A stretch of DNA of 64,000 nt from Torpedo marmorata (lineage: Eukaryota): contig OZ360231.1 in the NCBI GenBank assembly GCA_977017645.1, positions 47,554,001 through 47,618,000 of the forward strand. The letters run 5' to 3'. The notes beneath the pieces are model-generated. The model made no database searches and was not told where the DNA came from. It saw nothing but the letters and a program-made list of their open reading frames with translations. Every line of letters begins with the position of its first letter. Within the stretch, counting starts at the first letter, position 1. Below, one piece after another: positions 1 through 10,906 of the stretch. The translations under genes were made by a program, and so were the position numbers.

Positions 1-1317
1 AAAAATTATAAACAATAGTGCACGAAAAGTAAGGCAGTGTCTTTGGTTCATTGATTATTCAGGAATCTGATGGCAGCGGGGAAGAAGCTGTCCTTGTGCC
101 GTTGAGTGCTCGTCTTTAGGCTCCTGTACCTTTTTCCCGATGGAAGCAGAGTGAAGAGGGCATGGCCTGGGTGGTGGGGGTCTTTGAGGATAGAGGCTGC
201 TTTTTTAAGACACCGCCTCATGTAGATGTCCTCGATGGAGTGAAGTTTGGTGCCTGTGATGTCACAGGCCGAGTTAACAACCCTCTGGAGTTTACTCTTG
301 TCCTGGGAGTTGGCATCTCCATACCAGGCAGTGATGCAACCAGCCAGAATGCTCTCCACGGTACATCTGTAGAAGTTTACGAGAGTCTTTGGTGACATAC
401 CGAATCTCCGCAAACACCTCACAAAGTATAGCCGCTGACGAGCCTTCTTTGTGATTGCATCAACGTGGATGCTCCAGGACAGATCCTCGGAGATGTTGAC
501 ACCCAGAAATTTGAAGTTCTTGACCCTCTCCACAACTCAGCCCTCGATGAGGACTGGGTCGTGTTCCTCATCCCCTGACTTCCTCCTGAAGTCCACAATC
601 ATCTCCTTGGTTTTGCTGACGTTGAGCTCAGGTTGTTGTCATTACACCATTCAACGAGCTGATCTATCTCCCTCCTGTACGCTTCCTCATTGCCGTTTGT
701 GATTCTGCCAACAACTGTGGTGTCATCGGCAAACTTGTAGATGGCATTGGAATTGTGCCTGGCCACACAGTCATGGGTGTATAACGAGTAGAGCAGTGGA
801 CTAAGCACGCATCCTTGGGGTGCGCCTGTGTTGATAATCAGTGAGGAGGAGACGTTGTTTCCAATTCGTACTGACTGAGGTCTTCCGATGAGAAAGTCAA
901 GGATCCAGTCTCAGAGGGGGGTACAGAGGCCTAGAGTTTGTAGCTTCTTGACCAGCACTGAGGGAATAATGGTATTAAAGGCCGAGCTGTAGTCGATGAA
1001 GAGCAACCTTATGTATGAATTTTTGTTTTCGAGGTGATCCAGAGCTGAGTGGAGAGCCAGCGATATTGCATCTGCTGTGGAGCTATTGTGGCGATAGGCG
1101 AATTGCAGTGGGTCCAGATCTTTGCTTAGGTATGTGTTAATTCTGGCCATGACCAGCCTCTCAAAGCATTTCATCACAGTAGAAGTTAGTGCTACTGGGC
1201 GGTAGTCGTTGAGGCAGCTCACACTACTCTTCTTGGGTACCGGGATGATTGATGCCCTTTTGAAGCAGGTGGGAACCTCTGACTGCCGCAATGAGAGGTT
1301 GAAAATGTCCGTGAAAC
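1..1317 (-). mobile_element. 5'-truncated, frameshifted Rex1/Babar-clade LINE (RT domain to ORF end; 3' UTR runs off the window)
   Basis: ORF pieces 911-1291, 599-808 and 48-533 give [56 protein letters not shown] and the C-terminal HPGHALFTLLPSGKRYRS..SFFPAAIRFLN. Frameshifts lie near 627 and 910. Confidence 0.9.
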
Positions 1318-1659
1318 TAACAGGACTTGAAATTTAATAGTCATCTACTCATTATTGAGGCAAAATAAAAATGTTCCTACGCATCAAAATTGATGAGTTA
1401 GGCGTGTGTTTCATTTATGTATTGGAATTAGGCTTCTCGTCATGTATTGGTCAGAATAGAAAAGGAAGGGGTCTTTAGGATCCTTGCCTGAATCCGGTAC
1501 TTAGTCCTTTTTTGCGTGTGAAATGAAGCTGCTTAGATGCACCTGTACATACGATTCTGGTGGTATTGAATTCAGCCAGATTTCGTGCAGTGTTTAAAAA
1601 AAAAAGTCTCGAATTAGATTAACCAAATAAGGTGCTGACGCGCAAAAAAAATGTAAAAA

Positions 1660-1736
1660 AAAGGTAAAGGTTCCATTACTGTCACGTAATACAACATTTA
1701 GAATGTAACATACATGAAATTCTTTAATTTTTGTCG
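1660..1736 (-). mobile_element. 3' tail fragment of the 5S-derived SINE family seen at 23062 and 53326
   Basis: The reverse complement matches that SINE's tail, gacaaaaattaaagaatttcatgtatgttacattctaaatgt..tacgtgaca..atggaacctttaccttt. Confidence 0.8.
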
Positions 1737-1872
1737 ATTTTTCACATTTTAAAGCACCCGCATACTATTCAAAATTGACCCGTTTGCTAAGTGTATGAAT
1801 GTCTTCAGCGTTGTCCTTAAGCAGCCAGAGGAACTCCGACCTACGACTCGATCAATGTTCTCCACAAGACCA

Positions 1873-1993
1873 TTGCCCCAATCCAAGGCGCATCGCCTCG
1901 TTGCCCCAGTCCAAGGCGCATCGCCTCGTTGCCCCAATCCAAGGCGCATCGCCTCGTTGCCCCAATCCAAGGCGCATCGCCTCGTTGCCCCAA
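1873..1993. repeat. 28-bp minisatellite, about 4.3 copies (ttgccccaatccaaggcgcatcgcctcg)
   Basis: Units start at 1873, 1901, 1929, 1957 and 1985 (partial). There is one substitution, in unit 2. Confidence 0.95.
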
Positions 1994-2254
1994 AGCCTGC
2001 TCATTGGAAACCATTCACGTCACCCATTCGGAAACTTTGAAAATAAAGCCAAACATATCTCTGATATCCTTCATTAAATATGCGTGCACGGTTTAAAACA
2101 TAGCAGCAATATTTTGTACTGAATTGAAACTCGGACCGCATTGGCAGCAGATTCGGAGCGTCTTTGTAGTGATAGTGTGCATAATAAAACCGAATAAGCC
2201 TCAAGTAAAGATGAAACTTTTCAATCTCGCGAATGGGAGGTGCCTGCGGATGTT

Positions 2255-2470
2255 TAATCCAATGAAATTGACCATTAAAGACCATGCATTGTCCAATCAG
2301 GAGCGAGGCCAGATTGTGCAGGCGGAGTTGCTGATGCTCCGATCAATCAGCTGCAAACTTTTCCGAGTCCCAGCAGCCGACAGGCGAAGGGGACTCGCAT
2401 TGTCCTTTATGTTAATACGTTGCACCCCTCTCTCAGTGTCCCTTCTCCAGCGCGCACTTATAAAAGCGAG
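2255..2470 (+). promoter_or_regulatory. Probable VGLL3 core promoter (CCAAT boxes and TATA box)
   Basis: ccaatcag at 2293, a second ccaat near 2259, and TATAAAAG at 2459-2466, about 85 bp upstream of the ATG at 2547. Confidence 0.6.
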
Positions 2471-2546
2471 GATGCGTGGGCCAAGAACCGCCTGAGGTTT
2501 CAATTGCATTTGTCCCCACCGTTCAATTCGAGTGATCAGGTCGGTC

Positions 2547-2660
2547 ATGAGTTGTCTGGATGTTATGTATCATCAGTCTTATGGAGCGCACCAGTACTTA
2601 CCAACAGCAGCCGCAGCCGCCTACACCGCAGCGTACTATCACCACCACCACTCTCAGCAG
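2547..2660 (+). CDS. VGLL3: VGLL3 (vestigial-like 3) coding exon 1
   Basis: Encodes MSCLDVMYHQSYGAHQYLPTAAAAAYTAAYYHHHHSQQ, the VGLL2/3-type N-terminus. Ends at CAG|gtaaga, phase 0. Confidence 0.93.
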
Positions 2661-3271
2661 GTAAGAAAACTGCCAACCTACTACCTCCGATTGATAACTG
2701 ATTGACACGAAGTGGCTGGAGGGAAGGAAGGAGGGGGGGTGGGGGGCAGAGAAAGGGGAGAGGCGAGTTCGCAGCTGCCTTGTAAACTGGCTGCGAGTCA
2801 GCTGTCACATTCCGCTGTGGTTTCTTCATTCCGTTTGACAACACATGACGCGATCTCTTTGATATGTCTGACAAGCTTGCGCTGAAATTCTCTGCATAGC
2901 AGTCCGTGGTCCGAGGGGTGTGTTTTCCAAAAGTTTTAGTCTACAGACCTAAAGCACTCTCAGAGGGGGGAAAAACAAGTCCGATTCGTGTATATATTAC
3001 TTCCCGACTGAAATAAACTGTAATTTGTCTTCCTGTATGTAAATGCCCCAGGATATAACAGCCGCGGGGTTTGTAATGTGGTTCCCATGATTAAAACATC
3101 ACTCGAAATTAGCCATTGTTTTTACATTATTTCTGATGCATCCTGTTTTTTTTAAACTGCTTTTGTTTGGTGAATGGATTAAAACACAAAATAAATAAAT
3201 TTGACAATTTCAGTAAAAGTGCGACGCAAATTCACAATTCACCATGAGATTGCCTTTCCCTCAATATTATA

Positions 3272-3573
3272 TTTCAGATTTATTGTCAGAGTACATACGC
3301 GACAACCCTGAGATTTTTTTTCCTGCAGGCGAGGCAGAATTACCACTTATTGTTAGTGCAAAAAAAAACTGTACACAACGTACACATGTAAACAAATAAA
3401 GATGTAAACTAACTGACTGCGCAATACAGAGAGAAAAAAAAGATAAAGTACAAAAGTAAGTGTATTTAAACGAGTCCCTGATTGAGTTTGTTGTTGAGGA
3501 GTCTGATGGTAGAGAAGTAGCAGCTGTTTCTGAACCTGGTAGTGCGAGTCTCGTGGCACCTATATCTCTTTTC
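3272..3573 (-). mobile_element. Rex1-type LINE 3' end fragment
   Basis: Shares ttcagatttattgtcagagtaca..gaggagtctgatggt..gtggcacctata with the longer RT-bearing copy at 39608-40700. Confidence 0.85.
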
Positions 3574-4486
3574 AACTTCAGTAACACAAATACAGCTACA
3601 GTAACACTAATATTCACATCAGTGGTTTTAAATGATCACTAAATCACAACAGGGATTAAATATGGAATTAATCAACAGCTGTATCGGATGAAATAAACAG
3701 TGACCCAGTGTAAAGAAAAAAACGACTAAGTAAGTCTAAATAGCGGACAACCCACATTAATAATGTAAGTGGCAGAGTGATACGGATAATGCTATCAATT
3801 CACTGTACACGTTCACGTTAAACATATTCAAGATGTGAATAGTTCTGAGAGCAGAGGCGCTGGACCACAGAAACACCCGTGGGAAAGCGACACATTTTAA
3901 AGAGGATGTTATTGGATATTATGGGAAATGATATTCTAGAAACCACAAGCAGACAAACATTGCATTGAAAATAAAAGAAGGAGAATTGGGATCTGGAGCG
4001 CTGGAAGTTTTCCTTTTGTTTTAGAGGGACCCAGCATGTTTTCCCCACGAAATCGTGAACATTCGCATTAACTGAGGAAATTGGGCTCAAACCATTCAAG
4101 ATTCAAAACATTCTTACCACCAGCGAAATAAAAAATGCCTTTATAAAACTATCCAGCAAGAGTTCCACGAAAACAGATCACCCAAATATTTTGAACAGTG
4201 ATTTAATGGCCTTCGTGGTACCAGATCTGTGGAAGGTTCAAGCTCTAATTTGGGCGTCCCATTGAAGATTTTTTTAAAACGAATATCATCTGCAAGGAAA
4301 GTTCTGTCGGATATACCCAGGAGTTGTCTGTCTTTTTTGTTGGGGAGAGCAGGGCGCAGTACTTTAAGTCGGTAATGTGTTTCTGAAGCAGATCAGTGTT
4401 TTGGAAGGGGGTGCTGCGGCGAGGTATTGCTGATGGGCTGGGGTGAAGCTTTGCCTGAACTGCTTTTGGCTCCTATGTCCTCGTAG

Positions 4487-4727
4487 CAGAAGTTAGCCCT
4501 GTACGGCAAGATGCAGGAGTCCACGGAGAGCAACTCGCAGGGTAAAGAGAGCGAGAAGGAGCAGCCTCCCGAGGCAGAATACATCAGTTCCAGATGTGTG
4601 CTGCTCACATACTTCCAGGGGGACATAGGCGCCGTGGTGGATGAACACTTCAGCAGAGCTCTGAGCCACTTCAACGCAGAAAACCCGAGCTCAAAGACCC
4701 GCGCTTCGTCCAGCACGTTGTGGAAAG
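4487..4727 (+). CDS. VGLL3: VGLL3 coding exon 2 (Vg/Tondu TEAD-binding domain)
   Basis: Acceptor tcctcgtag, then QKLALYGKMQE..EAEYISSRCVLLTYFQGDIGAVVDEHFSRALS..TLWK (Tondu motif). Donor G|gtaggc, phase 1. Confidence 0.96.
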
Positions 4728-5945
4728 GTAGGCAACACGTCAAAGCAAAAACTTCAAATCCAATGAACAGTAATTGCTGAATATTTCTCTAAAGACTTTA
4801 AAAAAAAACATTTTCGGCTCTAGCTTACAGCGGTGGTAGTGGACACTAACATCCTGCAATGCTCAGCGCCAGAAATCTATTTAATAAAAATGGACGTTAT
4901 AATTCAACTTCAGGGGCAATGTTTGAGTATTTTATTCAAACCGATCCTATGTACGGTGGGGGTTATATGTTTTAGTTTAACTGATCACCATTTGACAAAT
5001 AGGGACAAAGTGGATGAAATGTCATTCCATCAATTCCTTAAATTGCAAAGATTAGTTTGCAAGTTTGCAAAGAGAGCGATAGGTAACCAGAACATTAATT
5101 ACTCCTGGCGGCATTTGGAAAGAGAATATATATTTTTCTTTGTTTCTGAAAAGGTTTTGTTTTACTCATTTCTAATTTAGTGTAGATATTTTCAGAGTTT
5201 TTCTGACTATAACTGTACTCTACAAATCTGACAAACATCAAGTCATGCTGAGATCTCTTACCCAGAAAGTCCCTTACCCGACTTAGCGACTGGGCCGTTC
5301 CATTTATTCACTGAGATCTTCGAGGCCAAGTAATTTTCACTCAACAGGTTACGTTATTGACGGAAACTGATTGTAACAAACGATTCTCTGTCTATTAGCT
5401 GCAGAGTCTTAATTCCGAGACGCAGCTCACAATCGCGAAATCAGACTGATTTAGTTTCAATAAAAGGGGTCTCGGAATAAGTTGTGTGCATCTCTGAGTT
5501 TGGAAGGGTTTACAGCGTGAAAATAAAGGTGGCGCAGTTGAACAAATCATAATTTGCAGAAAGCTACCAAACACTGTTTATCGACTTTGGATTTCAGACC
5601 TGAATGAAAGATAAAACGTTTTATTCCATCACTATCAATAGTTAACGCTGCATTTTTTTGAGAAATATATTCGCAGCAGTGGTGTCAACCATTGATAGAG
5701 ATGGGAGAGGAGATTTGAAGAGTTTTGAATCAACATTGATTCTGTTGATTACGTTATATCTATGAAAGAGTTTTACGGTGAGACGTTTATAAGAGTTTTA
5801 TGCAGCTTTAAGCCCCGTTTATTTTATTCACCCTTGTGCAGCGCTCTAATAAACGACTTACTGATTGTGCACTTCAGGATTCTGCAGTCACATGGCAACT
5901 CTTTTCACAGATATACCCAATTTCGAATTTCATGTTGTTTTTCAG

Positions 5946-6422
5946 AAGGATTGCCGGTTTCTACAAATCAGAAGAACAGCTTCCCTGCTTCTTTCTGGAG
6001 TAGCACGTATCAGGGCCCAACACCGCCCTGCCTGAGTGGGAGTCGTCCCGATTTCTCCGCAGCCGCCGCTGGTGTGTTTCATTCCCCTGATTCCATGGCT
6101 TGGCCTGGACACGGACTACACCAGCCAAGCGCTGCCCCACCAAACGCTGAGGCGTGGCCCTACACGTTGGCATCACAAGGGAGTTCCAGCTACCCACTGG
6201 TCCACGACGTTTACCCTCACGTTCACCACCCACATGCCCACGCCCACCATCATAATCCGCATCTCGACCCTCGTTATGGGTCATTGTTGGTGCCGTCGGT
6301 GAGGGCAGCGAGGATTGCGGCAGGACCAGGGGAGATCACAAAAACAGACGCCGCTGCTGCAGCTGCCGCTTGGACCGGAGCCTTTCATGGAACCCTAGAC
6401 GTGGCGCAGGGAGTAGACACAG
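5946..6422 (+). CDS. VGLL3: VGLL3 coding exon 3
   Basis: Acceptor gttttttcag. The peptide NSFPASFWSSTYQ..PPCLSGSRPDF..WPGHGLHQ..AWPYTLASQ..His-rich..RAARI..EITKT..AWTGAFHGTLD fits VGLL3 better than VGLL2. Donor G|gtgaga, phase 1. Confidence 0.95.
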
Positions 6423-6543
6423 GTGAGATTAATGTTTAGATCGATGGTTGCTGAATATATATGTCCTCGAAGTTTTTTTTTATAACATTGCTTGCATTAG
6501 TTACCTATTTCAAATATTATGTTTCAGCAAAGCCACGATAGAA

Positions 6544-6847
6544 TTTCAGATTCAGATTTATTGTCAGAGTACACTCATGACATCACATACAACCCTGAGA
6601 TTCTTTTTCCTGTGGGCGAGGCAGAATTACTACTTATTGGCAGTGCAAAAAAACTCTACACAACGTACACATGTAAACAAACTGTGTGCAATACAGAGAG
6701 GAAAAAATCAATAAAGTGCAAAAGTAAGAGTCCTTAAATGAGTCCCTGATTGAGTTCATTGTTGAGGAGTCTGATGGTGGAGGGGTAGCAGCTGTTCCTG
6801 AACCTGGTGGTGCGAGTCTTGTGGCACCTATACCTCTTTCCTGATGG
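6544..6847 (-). mobile_element. Rex1-type LINE 3' end fragment
   Basis: Same family as the copies at 3272 and 39608; ends in a (tctgaa)n tail on the - strand. Confidence 0.85.
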
Positions 6848-7297
6848 TAAAATGACAAGTAGTTACATTTATAAAGTGACTTTCGGAACTCTCTGGTCTT
6901 CATCCTACGCAAACCCCTCCCACTCAACCCAGGTTTTACCCAACGTGCTTTTGAGTCAATAATTTTACAAGTTCAGCCACTCAGTTAGCAGGAGCTTAGC
7001 TCATCAAAAATGCGATATGAGAAAGGACCGGATGATTGGTTTTAGTGATGCTGATTGGGGCATAAAGGTTTCCTACTTTAATATGCTGCTTTTCTTTGAA
7101 ATGTTACCTTTGGCCCATTCTACCCAAGAGAGCAGGGAGCTGGTTGGATTTAACATCTCATCCAAAAGATTACTTCCAATAGCATTTCTTCAATATTTTA
7201 TTGGAGTGACTGTTTAGATTTATGCTCAAGTTAAATTTGCAGGTAAACAATGGAAATGTTGAATTTAATGATTAAAAAAGCATTGATTTCAATGTTT

Positions 7298-7385
7298 TCA
7301 AGTTCGTTTATTATCATCCAATTGTACAAGTACAACCCGGCGAAAGAGTGTTCTCCGGTCCTCGGTGCAAGAACATGCAAATACT
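7298..7385 (-). mobile_element. Rex1-type LINE tail (second subfamily)
   Basis: tttattatcatcc..gtacaagtacaacc..ttctccggtcctcggtgc is shared with the copies at 24763, 30846 and 35445. Confidence 0.75.
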
Positions 7386-8334
7386 GTACACATATGGACA
7401 TCACAGAATAGCAATTAATATAATATGAATCATGGAAGTTAATAGCACAAAAATAGCAGAAAGTCTGTATTTATTAACTATGTGAAGGACAATTAGGGAA
7501 TAGAGTTCTTCTGGTGAAGGTACTCCCAAGATATAGATGGGTGGTGAGATCTACAACTTTGATCCAGTGATGATGAAGGAACATTGAAACACATCTGAGG
7601 AAGGGGTGTGAGTTGGATAGGCATCTGTAGGTGGTGATGTTTTCATGTGCCTGCTATTCCTGTCCTTAGTGGTAAATGTAAGTTCTATGCAATCAGAGAA
7701 CTGCATGCAAGTACTTTCTGTGCATTAGTAAAATTATATACACTTGTTGGTGTGTGGAATGAATGTTTGACAGGAGGAGATGCATGTTATTCAAACAGGC
7801 TGCTTTGTCCAGGATAGTAGGAAGTGTCTTCTGTACTGTAGGAGCCACATACATGCATTCTTGACTTGTACCCTGTAGACAGTGGATAAGTGGATCAGTA
7901 GAGCAGGTACTTGCCACAGGCTATCCAGCCTCTGTGTTCATCATAGTATTTATGTGATTAATCCAGTTGAGTTTCTGGTCAATGGTTGCCCTAGGGTGGT
8001 GGATGATTCAGTGATTGTAAAGCCATTGAACATCATGATAATTTGTTTGCCATTTGTGTGATAGAGATGTGATGTACTACTGCAGGCACAGGCTGCTTTT
8101 TTGAACAGTGACAAAAACACAATATTATGCAACCATCAAGAACATCCCACTACAAACTGTACCATAGCTATGGCCTATTATTATCTTCTACAAATTTGAC
8201 CTTACTTCATTGATCTTATACTCTACAAATTATAAAATTCAAAATGCTCAATTTCTAATGCTGATAGCTAATTACATTCTCACTGTTATATTTGTCACCT
8301 TCCAATTCATTATGCCCTTCTGAATGTCTTTTGT

Positions 8335-8368
<34 letters not shown>

Positions 8369-8425
8369 TTTAGGTAAGGTTGATCTTCACTATAAAATAG
8401 TGCTCAACACGTAATGTGGAGCTAA

Positions 8426-8585
8426 ATAAATAAGTAAACAGAAAAGCACACTACTCACATGTGCCCGACAAGCTTGTTTCGTGGATCTTTCCACTCTTCA
8501 GGGGAAGAGTGGAAGAGTGGAAAGATCCACGAAACAAGCTTGTCGGGCACATGTGAGTAGTGTGCTTTTCTGTTTACTTATTTAT
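8426..8585. repeat. Perfect inverted repeat (74-bp arms, 12-bp spacer) near two (TA)n microsatellites
   Basis: 8426-8499 is the exact reverse complement of 8512-8585. (TA)n tracts lie at about 8338-8364 and 8583-8604. Confidence 0.95.
8464..8504 (-). ncRNA. Minimal type-I hammerhead ribozyme motif (Penelope-like element type)
   Basis: The - strand reads CCC CUGAAGA GUGGA-AAGA-UCCAC GAAA C-AAGCUU-G UC GGG: full CUGANGA/GAAA/GUC core, 5-bp stem II, palindromic stem III and 3-bp stem I. Confidence 0.75.
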
Positions 8586-10862
8586 ATATATATATATATA
8601 TATAAAATAAATGCATGTGTGTCATTTTTTTTTTTTCCCTATGGCATGTTTCCAACCAATTCTCCCCTGGCAAGTCACATTTTTCCATGTTATGTTGCAC
8701 TTACCAGCTTGTAGCTTCTGTGCATCTGTTAATTGTCAGCAAGTCTTTTATAATTCTTTTTGGTATTGGATATACCGTAGGTCATCAACAAACTTCAATA
8801 TGAAGCCTATTATCCAAGTCCAAACACAAACAGGAATATTCCAATGAAACACTCATTCTGGGGCATAATATTAGCAATTCTTCTCTATTTTACACCATTT
8901 GTATTTATCCTCATATCTTACACACATAAAGTAATATGGGTATTGAATATACTCAGCAGACCGTTAGTGAGAGAAACAGGGATTGCATTTCAGATTCAGA
9001 ATTAATTTTACCCCAACTCCATTTTCTGTTCAGTAACAAATGTTCCCATCTATGATAACACCATGCACCTTTTCAACAAGTTTCAAAAAGTAATACTTAC
9101 TAAATACTCTCTGAAAATCTCTTGTCACCATACCTCTTGCTTTCCCTTTGTCAACCTCTGAATATTTAGTGCACATCTGTACAGTATTGAAATTGCCAGG
9201 TATTATTTGCTTCTAACAAATCTGTAATGGCTGTTTTAATCACTCTATACTTTCACTCAAAGTCACACAAATTCTGCCTTGAAAAAGAAATATGAAATTT
9301 TCCTCAAATGTAATGTTACTACCAATTCCATAATAAACCAGTTTAGCTCTCTCTTCCTTTGTCAACATAACATTAACAATAGGTGTCCTCCAACCATCAC
9401 AGCACATTTTGCATATCCAAGAATGATAGAAAATATTGAGGCCAGGTGCTCCACTCAATTCTTTCCAATTTCTTTCAGTTGCCCAGGGATGTACCATAAA
9501 GACTTGCTGGATTATCCACTCAAGTTCTGTTAATATTTTCAGAGCCAATGAGCCAGCTCCCATTCCTTTCACCTGGAATCACTACCCTCAGTCTCTTCAC
9601 ATCCACACCTACCTATTCTGAATGCTCAGGGCGTTCTTACTAGTCCAAAGCAACTAGAATTACAGTGGTTTGATCTCAGCACCAGCAGAGCTCTGGCAGT
9701 GCAATAAGAAGGTCCGTTCCAAAAATTGCTTTGAATGTTTTGGCTTTGAGGTATTTTTAATAGTCTTTATGTGTTCCACTTGTTCAAAGATATTAACATT
9801 TTAAAGTGAATACATTTTTAAAAGGTTAAGAAAATTTGAATACAGAACATTAAACGAAAGAAATTTATTTTTCCATATGCCGACTACTCCATAGCCCTAC
9901 ACATCCCCAGGGGTGTCAATGGGGTATCAGATGCTGCACCAGGAAATTACCTCAGTGTAAAATTAGGAAATTTCAGCTCTGGCCTTATCAATTTGTCATT
10001 GAATCTAGATCTTGCAGAGTTCACAGATTATGTATGGTAATCCCACATTTGCTGCTGAGATTCTCTACGGATCTAGTCCAATGTCTTTTCTAACTACAAA
10101 ATGGTTTTGGCTCAAATTTTCTTTTTCTATTAATTTGGAGTGGCCAGTTGAGCATATACTCCAGACTTCATAACATATTGCACAGTAAAAGAAACATAAT
10201 CTGATTCTAATTGGTACTCCAAGTGTTCCATTTAGTCATTTGGTCTCACCCTACCAGAAATATTCCCATCCTTCCTCCACTTTCTCTGCTACTGAAAACT
10301 ATATTTTTCTCTCTTTCCAGTTCTAACCTGAAACATTAACAGTTTCTCTTTCTACCATTGCTGCCTCACCTGCTGACTATTTTCTTAATTTTTAGCTATC
10401 TTAACTTGTCTTTATTATTTTGCCTTTAAAAAAAAAGAAATGCTTTTCTAAACATTTTAACATTCTATGCCAGCATTCCTTCCACAATCCCATTTAGAAT
10501 TAAGTGATGCATGAATAGAGAAGTAAAATGGATTTACATGACTCTACGCTGCAGTTTGTTTACAATTTAAAGTGAGGTTCACACAATAACATAGTGATGG
10601 AATCATCAATCACTTTAGTACTCAGCCTCACAGATGTGCCCAAACAGTCTGATGCAAGGACAGATAGAAGTTGTTCATTATCCCTTTCTAATCAGATGAA
10701 TGTTGAAAGTTGTTTATTTTAAGAATCAGTTTGAGGAGGGATTCAACTATTTTACTCCTTTATATTTGTTCCAAAAGTGTTGATGGTTTTATAGTTATTC
10801 CTGATAAAGCAGAAAATTGTATTTTAAAGCTATTGTTCCTATATTTCCAATTCTTTCATTAG

Positions 10863-10906
10863 GACTCCTACATCAAGAGAAAAACAAGGAGACCACTTGG
10901 TTCTAG
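10863..10906 (+). CDS. VGLL3: VGLL3 coding exon 4 (C-terminus and stop)
   Basis: Acceptor ttctttcattag, phase 1, giving (G)LLHQEKNKETTWF*; compare human VGLL3 GLQHQDKSKESPWY*. The four exons total 876 nt (291 aa plus stop), all in frame. Confidence 0.92.

Noticed and set aside
1873-1993. CRISPR-like array, or repeat-protein ORFs at 1749-2077
   Set aside because: The repeats are head-to-tail with no spacers, in a vertebrate genome. The ORFs are by-products of the minisatellite.
2472-2495. Short upstream ORF (MRGPRTA) before VGLL3
   Set aside because: The ATG lies only about 6 nt after the TATA box, so it is probably upstream of the transcription start.
5762-5945. 5' part of ORF 5762-6439 as coding
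   Set aside because: It is intron sequence that happens to be open upstream of the exon 3 acceptor.
2547-10906. Calling the gene VGLL2 because of the MSCLDVMY start and the ROS1-like neighbour
   Set aside because: Exon 1 (YHQSYGAHQYLP), exon 3 (PPCL..PDF, WPGHGLHQ, ITKT, AWTGAFHGT) and the C-terminus follow VGLL3. The VGLL2 Ser-rich segment is absent.
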